A stretch of DNA of 64,000 nt from Acidobacteriota bacterium (GTDB lineage: Bacteria; Acidobacteriota; CAIWXX01). Below are positions 8,159 through 18,845 of this stretch, one piece after another. Position 1 is the first letter of the stretch; every line of letters starts with the position of its first letter. Where the stretch lies: contig JBFMAF010000008.1 in the NCBI GenBank assembly GCA_040755995.1, positions 128,001 through 192,000 on the forward strand, written 5' to 3'. A model generated the notes under the pieces. The model saw nothing but the letters and a program-made list of their open reading frames with translations, was not told the origin of the DNA and did no database searches. The position numbers and the translations under genes are program-made.

Positions 8159-10105
8159 ATGCAAGCAAAAGGGATGCGCGCTTTCATGACAGTTATGGCT
8201 CTCGCAGCATGCGGAGCGGCGGTGCAGGGGCAGGGACTGCCGAGCAGCAACCCCGCGTGGCGGTGGCTGAATCCCTTGCCGCACGGAGACGCGATCTACA
8301 GTGCCAGTTTCATCGGTGCCTCCGAGGCATGGGTCGTGGGAATGTCGCGCGGGGCATACCACACGACCGATGGCGGGGAGACATGGACGGCCGCCAGATT
8401 CGGGCCGCCCCTCGGTTTCATGGACGTCGCATTCGCAGACAGCGGACACGGCTGGGTAGTCGGTCAGGACAGCGACGACTGGGACTATACGAGTGACTCC
8501 CTCATATGGCACACCTCCGATGGTGGGACAAGCTGGCAGCGGCAGTACCGCGCGGAGGGCGGCGGCGGTCTGGGTGCTGTGGCGTGCCTGAGTCGAAGTG
8601 TCGCGTTTGCAGTCGGACGGTTCGGCGCCGTGCTGAAGACTACCGACGGCGGTGAAACATGGTCAAAGACCAACGTGCCGGCTGGGGCCGCGAAGTACGA
8701 CTTCACCGACATCCAGTTCATCGGCCGCAAAGAAGCTTGGGTCATCGGATATGGATTCCCAAACATAGTCCTGCACACGCAGAACGGCGGGAATTCCTGG
8801 GAAATGCTTCCCATTGACGGCCCGCCCTCCGGGTGGTGGCTGTACAAGATCTATTTCACCAGCGCGACAGTAGGCTGGGCGATGGGCGACTTCGCCAGCA
8901 TCTGGCATACGACCGATGGGGGCAAGACCTGGGAAGAGCAGAAGGACCCGCATACGGGATTGAATGTGCAAGTCTGCGGCATGCAGTTCCTGGATGCCAC
9001 CAACGGCTGGGCAGCCACCACCGACGGCAGGATTCTGCGCACCACGAATGGCGGTGCCAAATGGAACATCAAGGCCTCCATGCCGCGATACGGCTTCCAC
9101 ACGCTCCACTTCTCTGACCCGCAGAGGGGCTGGATTTTTGGCGAAGAAGGTCTCGTCCTGCGGACCACCAACGGAGGCGCCTCCTGGCTGCGCCTCGGCA
9201 AAGGCACGATGCACCATCTACTGGACTTGGCATTCATGGATGCGTCAAACGGCTGGGTCGCGGGCTGGGGCGGGACAATCCTGCATACGAGCAACGGCGG
9301 CGAGGCGTGGACGAGGCAGAACACGGGCGTCACCGACAACCTCATCGGCGTCGACTTCGTTGATGCTCAGCATGGATGGGCCGTGGGATGGGGAGACTAT
9401 ATCCTCAGCACCACCGATGGTGGCAGGAGATGGAGCAAGTATGAAATCAGCTTCACGCCACCTACTTCCTTCTATTCCGTAGACTTCGTCGACCTGACAC
9501 ATGGCTGGGTCGTCGGCAGCAATGGCATTACCATGCGCACGACGGATGGCGGCGCCCTCTGGCTAGCCGGGGGATCGTCCACTGCCGATGACCTGGCGAA
9601 AGTGCAGTTCGTGGATACGCTGCACGGGTGGGCTGTGGGAACGAATGAGGGTGTCATCTTGCGCACGGTAGACGGCGGCAGTAGCTGGACGAGCACGATC
9701 CCGAAGTTCAGCAAGCTCCAGCAAGGCGCGAGCATGCAATCGGTCTGCTTCCTGAACACGCAGGAAGGTTGGGCGTGCGGCGCTTACAGCACGGGGATGG
9801 ATCTGTTCGGAGGCATCGTACACACGACCGACGGCGGGAAGACCTGGGTGCCCCAGCCAATCAGACCGGTCGTACTCCAGATCCTGAGCGCGATATCGTT
9901 CGTCGACAGCCAGAACGGCTGGGCAGCGGGTGAGCACGGGCTGCTTCTCAGCACGAAAGACGGCGGGCTTACTTGGACACAGGAGACGCGCCCCTGCCCG
10001 GACGAGTGGGTGCTCGGCCTCGAGTTCATCGACGCCAGAACCGGCTACCTCGTGGGGAGCAGCGGCACGATCCTGAAGACTACGACGGGTGGGCTTCAGC
10101 GGTAG
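8159..10105 (+). CDS. Secreted YCF48-related BNR/Asp-box beta-propeller protein
   Basis: About 14 repeats of F.D...GWxVG...I.xT.DGG.TW; signal peptide; AGGAGGG RBS. Confidence 0.85.
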   Translation: MQAKGMRAFMTVMALAACGAAVQGQGLPSSNPAWRWLNPLPHGDAIYSASFIGASEAWVVGMSRGAYHTTDGGETWTAARFGPPLGFMDVAFADSGHGWVVGQDSDDWDYTSDSLIWHTSDGGTSWQRQYRAEGGGGLGAVACLSRSVAFAVGRFGAVLKTTDGGETWSKTNVPAGAAKYDFTDIQFIGRKEAWVIGYGFPNIVLHTQNGGNSWEMLPIDGPPSGWWLYKIYFTSATVGWAMGDFASIWHTTDGGKTWEEQKDPHTGLNVQVCGMQFLDATNGWAATTDGRILRTTNGGAKWNIKASMPRYGFHTLHFSDPQRGWIFGEEGLVLRTTNGGASWLRLGKGTMHHLLDLAFMDASNGWVAGWGGTILHTSNGGEAWTRQNTGVTDNLIGVDFVDAQHGWAVGWGDYILSTTDGGRRWSKYEISFTPPTSFYSVDFVDLTHGWVVGSNGITMRTTDGGALWLAGGSSTADDLAKVQFVDTLHGWAVGTNEGVILRTVDGGSSWTSTIPKFSKLQQGASMQSVCFLNTQEGWACGAYSTGMDLFGGIVHTTDGGKTWVPQPIRPVVLQILSAISFVDSQNGWAAGEHGLLLSTKDGGLTWTQETRPCPDEWVLGLEFIDARTGYLVGSSGTILKTTTGGLQR

Positions 10106-10338
10106 TCACGCCTGCTGGCTAGACGGCGCCTGAAAATAAGTTGCAGGTAGGCTGAGCCACAAGTCCGCGCATGGATGTCCCGCGCTTCGGTCGGGGCAGA
10201 TCGAACCGTCCGGTTCCAGGGAAACGTCTCCACGCCTGCCTCCTCTCGATTCCAGCCCTGGGAACGGCCGCCATCACGATCCCGTGCGGTGAAGCGGCCG
10301 GTCCATCTACCGCAGCCAGGGGGACGGCGCGCAGGCCC

Positions 10339-10366
10339 TTGACAAATTAGTTTAGATGCATACATT
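10339..10366 (+). promoter_or_regulatory. sigma70 promoter of the MarR gene with an overlapping putative operator
   Basis: TTGACA-N16-TACATT in an AT-rich patch; GTTTAGATGCATAC (10350-10363) resembles the site at 10922-10935. Confidence 0.55.
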
Positions 10367-10389
10367 ATATATATGAGCGTTAGCGAGGC

Positions 10390-10869
10390 TTGACGATGTC
10401 ATTGCGAGAGGAGCTCGGCTTTCCCAGGCCTATCGAGAGCCGTGCGCATGAGACGGTCCTCGGCGTAATCCTGGCAGCGGACCTGCTGGCCAAGGAGTGC
10501 GCGCGGGTTGTGCGCCCATGCGGGCTGACCGAGGCTCAGTTCAATGTGCTGATGCTGCTGCGCTACCAGTCGGAGGAAGGCGGGCTGGATCAGAGTACCC
10601 TCGGCCGGATGTTGGTCGTCAACCGATCGAATGTGACCGGGCTGGTGGACCGGATGGAGCGGTCCGGATGGGTGAGACGGACCCCGGACGTGAGCGACAG
10701 GCGGGTGAAGCTGGTGCGCGTGACCCCGGCGGGGCTGAAGGTCCTGGCCCGGGCGGAGAAGGCGTACTTCCAGAGGCTTGAAGCCGTTGTCGGCGTCCTC
10801 GCCGTGGAGGAACGCAACACGCTGACCAGGGCCCTGGAGAAGCTGCGGCGCGAGCTCAATCGCGGCTAG
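10390..10869 (+). CDS. MarR family transcriptional regulator
   Basis: GLTEAQFNVL...NVTGLVDRMERSGWVRR...DRRVKLVRVTPAG. Confidence 0.92.
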   Translation: MTMSLREELGFPRPIESRAHETVLGVILAADLLAKECARVVRPCGLTEAQFNVLMLLRYQSEEGGLDQSTLGRMLVVNRSNVTGLVDRMERSGWVRRTPDVSDRRVKLVRVTPAGLKVLARAEKAYFQRLEAVVGVLAVEERNTLTRALEKLRRELNRG

Positions 10870-10964
10870 CTCGGTCGCGGGATGTTGGGGCGAGGCAGCG
10901 GGGATTATGATTCCTTAGATTGTTGATATGTAAACCGTATCTATCACAACAAAGGAGGTGTTGC

Positions 10965-12359
10965 ATGAGAATCCTCTTGGTGGCGCCCGCCAGCGGCAAC
11001 TGGCACCATGTCGGCCGTGCCGGTCTTTTCAGCGGCCGCGTCTTCCGTTTCTCCATGCTGAGCCTGCTGACCGTGGCCGCCGAGACCCCGCCTGGAGTCG
11101 AGCTCGACATCGTGGACGAACAGCTGGATGAGATTCGATCGAGTCGGAAGTACGACCTGGTGGGGATCTCCGTGATGACCGCCACTGCCCCACGCGCATA
11201 CGAGATCGCGAGATCGTTCCGGCGCATGGGCGTGCCCGTCGTACTCGGGGGGATGCACGCTTCCTTCATGCCCGAAGAGGCGCTTCAATATGGCGATGCC
11301 GTTTGCATCGGGGAGGCCGAAGGGGTCTGGCCCCAGGTCGTATCCGACGCGCGCGCCACCCGACTCAAGCCTGTCTATCGGGCGGATGCGCCTCATTCGC
11401 TCCGGGGGCTGAATCGTCCCCCTCGCCACCTCCTGGCCGGGCGCCGCTATGCCACCCTGCAGGCTGTGCAGGCGACCAGGGGATGTCCCCATCGCTGCGC
11501 CTTCTGCTCGGTCTCTGCGTTCCACGACGGGATGTTCCGGGCGCGGCCGGTGGGCCAGGTCTTGGACGAGGTCAAAGAGCTGCCGGGCCGGTTCTTCATC
11601 TTCGTGGACGACAGCCTGACAGCCGACCCCGACTATGCAAGGGCGCTGTTCGCGGGGCTGATACCTCTGGGAAAACACTGGATGAGCCAGGCCACGCTGG
11701 GCATCACGGACGATGCTGATCTGGTGCGGCTGGCCGCCGACTCCGGCTGTGTCGGTCTCTTCGTCGGGATCGAGACGTTCTCGAACAGAAATCTCGAGAG
11801 TGTCGAAAAGGGGTTCAACCGCGTGGACGAATACAGGGAGCGCGTGCGAATGCTCCATGCGAGCGGCATAGGGGTCGAGGCCGGCATCGTGTTCGGCTTC
11901 GATTCGGACGGGCCGGAGGTCTTCAGCGAGGCTCTCAGGCTCCTGGCCGAGCTCGAGATCGACATGATCCAGGTGTCCATCCTCACACCTCTCCCGGGGA
12001 CGCCGTGGTTCCGCGCGATGAGCGACCGTATCGTCGATCGCGACTGGACCCACTACGACTATCACCACGCAGTCTTCGAGCCGAAGCGCATGTCTCGGGA
12101 GCAGCTCAAGGCCGGCCACGACTGGATCACGTCTCAGTTCTACAGGCCGGATCGCATTCTCAAGAGACTCGCGAGACTGGCCGCGCGCGGCCGGTGCCGG
12201 CGGAGCCTGCCATACGCCGCAGCGCTCAATGGAGCCTACTACGGCCGCGTAAGACGATGGCACATTCGAGGTTGGATCCCGGCGGCGCTGGAAGTGCGGC
12301 CTCAATCCTCGCAGTCTCCTTCGACTCTACCATCCAAGCGGCGACTTGAACTGACATGA
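10965..12359 (+). CDS. B12-binding domain radical SAM protein
   Basis: N-terminal DLVGIS...VVLGGMHAS...GEAE cobalamin-binding region; RGCPHRCAFC (CxxxCxxC); TPLPGT; AAGGAGG RBS. Confidence 0.9.
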   Translation: MRILLVAPASGNWHHVGRAGLFSGRVFRFSMLSLLTVAAETPPGVELDIVDEQLDEIRSSRKYDLVGISVMTATAPRAYEIARSFRRMGVPVVLGGMHASFMPEEALQYGDAVCIGEAEGVWPQVVSDARATRLKPVYRADAPHSLRGLNRPPRHLLAGRRYATLQAVQATRGCPHRCAFCSVSAFHDGMFRARPVGQVLDEVKELPGRFFIFVDDSLTADPDYARALFAGLIPLGKHWMSQATLGITDDADLVRLAADSGCVGLFVGIETFSNRNLESVEKGFNRVDEYRERVRMLHASGIGVEAGIVFGFDSDGPEVFSEALRLLAELEIDMIQVSILTPLPGTPWFRAMSDRIVDRDWTHYDYHHAVFEPKRMSREQLKAGHDWITSQFYRPDRILKRLARLAARGRCRRSLPYAAALNGAYYGRVRRWHIRGWIPAALEVRPQSSQSPSTLPSKRRLELT

Positions 12360-12555
12360 CAACCAAGCGTTCTGACTTGAGTGCCAGCTAGACACGGCTC
12401 TGTCCGTTCGCGGTCGGGAGTCGTCAGCGTGGACAGAGCGCGCCGCGCCGTCGGGAGCCGAGCTGCCACGCCCCTCCGTCGGCTTGCCAGTTCTTCCACC
12501 CGCCCAGAATTCTCTGGAGACTCCGTCTTGTTGCGGCTAGTATGGGGCGTGCATC

Positions 12556-14484
12556 ATGCAGCCAAACCGCAATGATAGCCGCACAGAAAGCAGCGGGCAT
12601 CTCGCCGTCATCGAGTCGGTTCTTCGCATCCTGGTCCTGCTCACCGTGATTTCACTCGCGGCGCTCTCCAGCCGAGTGGTGTGTACATTGGCGACATCTC
12701 ACAGCGGATTGCCTTCCTGGGACATGGCTGTTCATGGATATGAGGGTGTAAGGCTGGCCCAGGCCATCAAGGCCGGCCAGCTTCTCGAATTCCTGTACCT
12801 AGTCGACCGCCAGTCTCTATGGCCTCCAGTTTTCCCGTTGTTGGAGTGCCCTGCGTTCGTAGCGGCAGGTTATGACTACGCCGTTCCTCGGGCGCTAGTC
12901 TCAGTTCTTTTTTCGATTTGCGTGCTGGTTGCATATTGGGCCGGAACGCAGCTCGATGATGACAACGGCCAAATCATCGGAGTGACCGCGGCAAGCATGA
13001 TGTGCATGAGTCCCATCTTCCTGGAGTACGGCACTCTCACGATGCTGGAAGTACCAGGGGCCTTGCTGCTGTTGCTGGCTGTGGGGTTTTACTTTCGTCA
13101 TGGGAGAAATGGAGAAACGAGGAGCGCAACTGCTGCATGCCTCGCAGGTGTCACGTTGTTTTTCTGCAAGTACAACTACGGGGTCTTCTTTCTGTTCGCG
13201 TTGCTGGCGAACGAGCTTAGCCGTCGAATGGGCAGCCTTGGCGGAGTTCGTTGGAGACACCATGCGTCCATCGTCGTGCGTCGTTGGCTCAAACCATTCC
13301 CCTTGTTCATCACGGCTTTGATCATCGTGATCATCGCCATACAGATGACCGGCGGGTGGATTCTTACGATCGGCGGCTGGAAGCTGAGCATTCGAGGTGT
13401 CGCCAATCCGATATACGTGCTCTTGGTGAGCACTCTCATCTGGCTGGTTCATAGGTATAGGAAGAACAGCGTCGGGTTCAAAAAGCATCTCGAGAGAATG
13501 CGACCGATCGAAAAGAGAATCCTCGCCGTCGTAGTCGTGCCCATTCTGATCTGGATGATTGACCCTCGCCATCTGCGAGATTTCGTAGGCTTCATGACCA
13601 ATCGTTCTTCCGGAATACCGATGTTCAGCCAGGAGAACCTTCTCTTCTACCCGCGTGCTTTCCTCAGTGAGTACAGCCCCGGACAGATCGTCGGACTGGT
13701 CGTGCTATCGATGGGCATCGCCGCCTTACTCCATTTTCGAAGGGCTGACATTCGCCTGCGCTTCCTGCTCATTGCCGAAGCGTTTGCCATTCTCGGTTCG
13801 ATCAGTCACCCATTCAAGGAGGCTCGCTTCTTCTTCATGGCCGCCCCGATTCTCTGGCTGGGATGTGGCGTGACCCTGGCCAGCGCGCTTCGATATGCGA
13901 CCCAGAACATGAGAGCGACAGCTCGTCGATTGATCCTTCTTGGTGTCTCAATCGCGATTGCCATGACCTCGACCGTCGGCATCCCCGCCCAGGGCCCAAT
14001 CGCGGATAGACTCGACCGAGACATGCCGCCCCGCAATATCTCGCCAGTGTTGGATCAAATAGCCAGGATCGCCGAGAGTACCAATGGCTCTGTGCTCCTG
14101 GGCACGTGGAATTGGTTCAGCCCGGCCCTTGTCGCATGGCATTGTCGGATCCGCTTTCCCGAGATGCCGGGCCACAGCATCCCCAAGGACATTTCGGATC
14201 TGACCGACGACCAATCACCAGAAGGGGTTGCGGATGCTATCTCGTCAACCGGCGGCATTGTCAAGATCCTCATACTCCATCCTATACCGCCGGCTCAGGC
14301 ATGGTTCACCAGCTTCATGCGCGAGAATGGCTGGCTCGAACCGGTTGGAGATGCGATCATGAGAGATCCTCGATTCGACCTGCGCGAGTCGAAGCGATTC
14401 CCCAAGGCAGGCTATGAGCTTCTGGTCTTCCGCAAGATTGTCAGAGGTGACAACGGGGAAAATGGAAGGAGTCTGAGGCGATGA
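12556..14484 (+). CDS. ArnT/PMT-like (GT-C fold) membrane glycosyltransferase
   Basis: Multiple TM segments; WDMAVH first-loop motif, WPPVFP, MLEVP, KEARF; visibly lower GC than the flanks. Confidence 0.65.
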   Translation: MQPNRNDSRTESSGHLAVIESVLRILVLLTVISLAALSSRVVCTLATSHSGLPSWDMAVHGYEGVRLAQAIKAGQLLEFLYLVDRQSLWPPVFPLLECPAFVAAGYDYAVPRALVSVLFSICVLVAYWAGTQLDDDNGQIIGVTAASMMCMSPIFLEYGTLTMLEVPGALLLLLAVGFYFRHGRNGETRSATAACLAGVTLFFCKYNYGVFFLFALLANELSRRMGSLGGVRWRHHASIVVRRWLKPFPLFITALIIVIIAIQMTGGWILTIGGWKLSIRGVANPIYVLLVSTLIWLVHRYRKNSVGFKKHLERMRPIEKRILAVVVVPILIWMIDPRHLRDFVGFMTNRSSGIPMFSQENLLFYPRAFLSEYSPGQIVGLVVLSMGIAALLHFRRADIRLRFLLIAEAFAILGSISHPFKEARFFFMAAPILWLGCGVTLASALRYATQNMRATARRLILLGVSIAIAMTSTVGIPAQGPIADRLDRDMPPRNISPVLDQIARIAESTNGSVLLGTWNWFSPALVAWHCRIRFPEMPGHSIPKDISDLTDDQSPEGVADAISSTGGIVKILILHPIPPAQAWFTSFMRENGWLEPVGDAIMRDPRFDLRESKRFPKAGYELLVFRKIVRGDNGENGRSLRR

Positions 14485-14577
14485 GCAGGTCTCGTGGACG
14501 GGCGCAGGCGATGGCCGGACGGACCTCGCTCCCGTGGCGACCCGCCATGACCAGCTCCGAGCCCACACCTCCATCGA

Positions 14578-15195
14578 TCAGCCGGGCGGACGGAGGTTGT
14601 AGGCACGGATCTTGTCGATCAGGTCGGGCAACGGCATGCCGAGAGCTTCCGCCGCCTCGTCAAGATTCCAGGATGTGGCGGCCAGTGCGGCCTCGACGTA
14701 GGAAGCCTCGATCGCGAGTGGAGCGCCGGAATCCGGGATGCTGCCCGGCGCCACTGGTATCTCCGGCGAGACTACGAGGTCCGTACGGCATGACTCGCTT
14801 GCTGCATCATGCGGCTCGCACGTCGCTGCGCGCAGCCCGGCGGCGCAGTCGATCATCGACCGCAGCTCGTCGACATCGAACGGCTTGACGAGGTAGCCAA
14901 ACGCTCCGATCCGCTCCGCCTCCTCCGGAGAAACACGATCGCCATACGCCGTCATCAGGATGACGGCGGCCTGAGGCCGGCGCTCCTTCGCAGCCAGGAG
15001 AAGCTGGATTCCATCGGCGTCCGGCATCACAACGTCAGTCACGATCACCGAGAACTCCGTGGCCGTGAGGGCCTCGATCCCTTGCCTGCCGTCGGCCACG
15101 TCCGTGACGTCGTAGGAACCCTGGAGCGAGAGCTTCAGCGCGGCTCTCAGATGCTCCTCGTCCTCCGCCACCAGCACGCTCTTCCGAATCGTCAT
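14578..15195 (-). CDS. Response regulator: REC domain plus Fis-like HTH, no AAA+ domain
   Basis: VAEDE, VTDVVMP, MTAYG and KPF REC motifs; C-terminal YVEAALAATSWNLDEAAEALGM. Confidence 0.8.
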   Translation of the reverse strand: MTIRKSVLVAEDEEHLRAALKLSLQGSYDVTDVADGRQGIEALTATEFSVIVTDVVMPDADGIQLLLAAKERRPQAAVILMTAYGDRVSPEEAERIGAFGYLVKPFDVDELRSMIDCAAGLRAATCEPHDAASESCRTDLVVSPEIPVAPGSIPDSGAPLAIEASYVEAALAATSWNLDEAAEALGMPLPDLIDKIRAYNLRPPG

Positions 15196-15214
15196 ACAGG
15201 TCCCCTCACACACC

Positions 15215-15230
15215 TGCAAGCATCGTGCCT
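15215..15230 (-). promoter_or_regulatory. sigma54 (-24/-12) promoter
   Basis: Minus strand AGGCACGATGCTTGCA matches TGGCACG-N4-TTGC with GG-N10-GC spacing, just upstream of the REC-Fis gene. Confidence 0.7.
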
Positions 15231-15369
15231 GCTGACTGGGGAGGGCCGAGAATCATACATCTTGTTGAAAAACGCGCTGTCGGGCCCGCAGGCTCGATGA
15301 GACCGGGCACACAGGCTGGCTGGCGCCAGGGCGCCATCCACCGCTGCGAAATGGAAGCGTGCCCTCGCC

Positions 15370-16712
<1,343 letters not shown>

Positions 16713-16716
<4 letters not shown>

Positions 16717-18536
16717 TGATCCACCTCCAACGACGACTCCGGGAAGTACAGGGCCAGCTCCGAGCCAGGCTCTCCTCTCCTCACGCGGATTTCGCCTCCA
16801 TGCGCCGACATGATCTGGGCGCAGATGGCCAGGCCTAGACCGCTGCCGCCGGGTTTCGATGAAACGAACGGTTCGAAGACACGGGGCAGAAGCTCCTCGG
16901 GGATTCCCGGCCCGCTGTCCGAGACGGTAACGCAGGGCGTCATCCCCGAGACCTCCGGCCCGCCTCCGGTGATGGTGCCGCTCGATACAACCACCTCCGC
17001 ATCAGGGCTCTTCGCGACGGCTTCGAGCGCATTGATCAACAGGTTGGTGAGCACCTGGTGGATCTGGTCGGGATCCAGGCGGATCTTGCGCGGCGGATCG
17101 CAGCGGCGGTGGACGAGCCTGACTGAGCTTCCCTCGAAGCGTTTCTCGAACATGCTGACGCTTTTGGCGACCACATCGCCGATCGCGCACGGGATCATGC
17201 GGGGAGCTGTGGGGCGAGCATAGCCGAGCACGCGGAGTAGTGTCGAGTTCATCCGCTCGACCTCATTCGAAATATTCGACGCCATTCGTCTGGCCTGCTC
17301 GTCCCTGGCCAGGTCGCGGAGCACTCCCGCCGAGACCTTGATCGAGCCGAGCGGGTTCTTGAGCTCGTGGGCGATGATCGAAGTGAACTTGCCGATCGAC
17401 GCGAGCCGTTCGGATTCGGCCCGCTCGCTGCAGCTCCTCGCGATCTCCTCGTTCTTCGCCTTGATCTGGCGGGCCATGGAATTGAAGGAATGCGCCAAGC
17501 GGTCCAGCTCGTCGCCGGTCCGCAAGTCGATTTCGGCGTCGAGGTTGCCCGAAGCGAACTCTTGCACACCCGTCTCGATCCGGTCGAGGGACGTGCCGAG
17601 CCGTCTGGCCATCCTCGCAGCGAGAAGCGCCCCCATGAGACCTACCGCGAGCGTCAGGGCGAACGCCGCCCAGAGATAGATGCGGTGGCTTTTCAGCACG
17701 ACCACACGCACAGTCACGATCACCGCCCTCCAACCGACCGACGGGATGGCCTGGGAGAACGCCCTTCGCGTCGCGCCGAGGTAGCTGCTGTAGACGGGCT
17801 CGGCCGAATTCTCATCGGGAAGCGCCCCGATTATCGCCGATGCCTTCTGCCCGACGTATGCGCTGTCGGGGTGGTAGAGGATGTCCTCGGCCGGGCCGAC
17901 GATGAAGTAGACGACGTCCTCGACGAAAGGAGCCCTGCTGCACAGATCGCCGAGCACGCGGCTGATCGGCATTTCGACAACGACCGACGTCTCGGGACAC
18001 TGCGGCAGCCGGACGCCCAGCGCCAGATGCCATCCGCCGGGGCGCAAGTACGGCGGCGTGCGAAGAACCTCGCCAGGCCTGGCTTCGCTCAGGCCGGCGA
18101 CGAACGCCATCTGCTCGACGTCCTCACGGGCCTCCGGCGGGTGCCCGGGCGACGGGCCGGGGACCGGCCGCAGCACCTGGACTGGCGCGCCGGAACGCAA
18201 GATGAACACTCTGTCGACAGAGTTCCCGTGCCAGACAAGAAACTCCTCGAGCCGCTTCGCCAACGCGCCGGGATCGCACGGAGTGGCCGCCCCGCCCTCC
18301 GATGGCCGCTCCACGCAGACCATCCTGACGCCCTGAAACGTCTCGGTCATGCGGCCGTCGATCTCCCTTACCAGCACGTTGAGCGCCTCGTGAGCGCGAC
18401 GCTTCACCGCGGCGTTGGTGGCCTCCGCCGCCAGGAACAGGTACAAGCCCGCATTCAGCAGGATCGGGCCGGCGGAAACCAGGATGAAGAGGACGATGAG
18501 CTTCGTGCGCAGCCGGTGGAATCGGTCCAGAAACAC
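16713..18536 (-). CDS. Sensor histidine kinase (periplasmic Cache-like domain, HAMP, HisKA, HATPase)
   Basis: Two TM segments, DELDRLAHSFNSM, AHELKNPL, NLLINA, DSGPG, GSGLGL; 4-nt overlap with the regulator. Confidence 0.93.
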
Positions 18537-18797
18537 CGCTCAGCCCTTCGCGCTGCGCGCATCCACGCGGCCTGACGTCTCTTCCATCGGCGCGGACATC
18601 GACTGCGAGATTACACGGCAGGCCCTTCCCGGTCAAGCCGGCAACAGCCTCCGTTAACCCCGCGGCATCGCCTTGGCACTCGTCCGAAGCGTCGTTCCGT
18701 CGGGCTGGCTGGCGGCTGAGCGCCACCCGCCGGAGGTCCGCCTGGGCTGGCCCGAGACTTGCGGCGTTTTTCGGCCGCTCCGTGGCCGTACCCGAGC

Positions 18798-18813
18798 TGG
18801 CATCCCGCGTGCA
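18798..18813 (+). promoter_or_regulatory. sigma54 (-24/-12) promoter of the S8 peptidase
   Basis: TGGCATCCCGCGTGCA with GG-N10-GC spacing, 32 nt before an ATG with AAGGAG RBS. Confidence 0.6.
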
Positions 18814-18845
18814 TTGGAGTGCGGTGGAGGGAGGACGAAGGAGAA

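Noticed and set aside
8159..10105. Photosystem II assembly role, or a DNA repeat array
   Set aside because: Generic Asp-box propeller with protein-level repeats; no photosynthesis genes and no CRISPR-like repeat-spacer structure
10965..12359. Assignment as a hopanoid methylase (HpnP/HpnR)
   Set aside because: No hpn context; motifs support only the broad family
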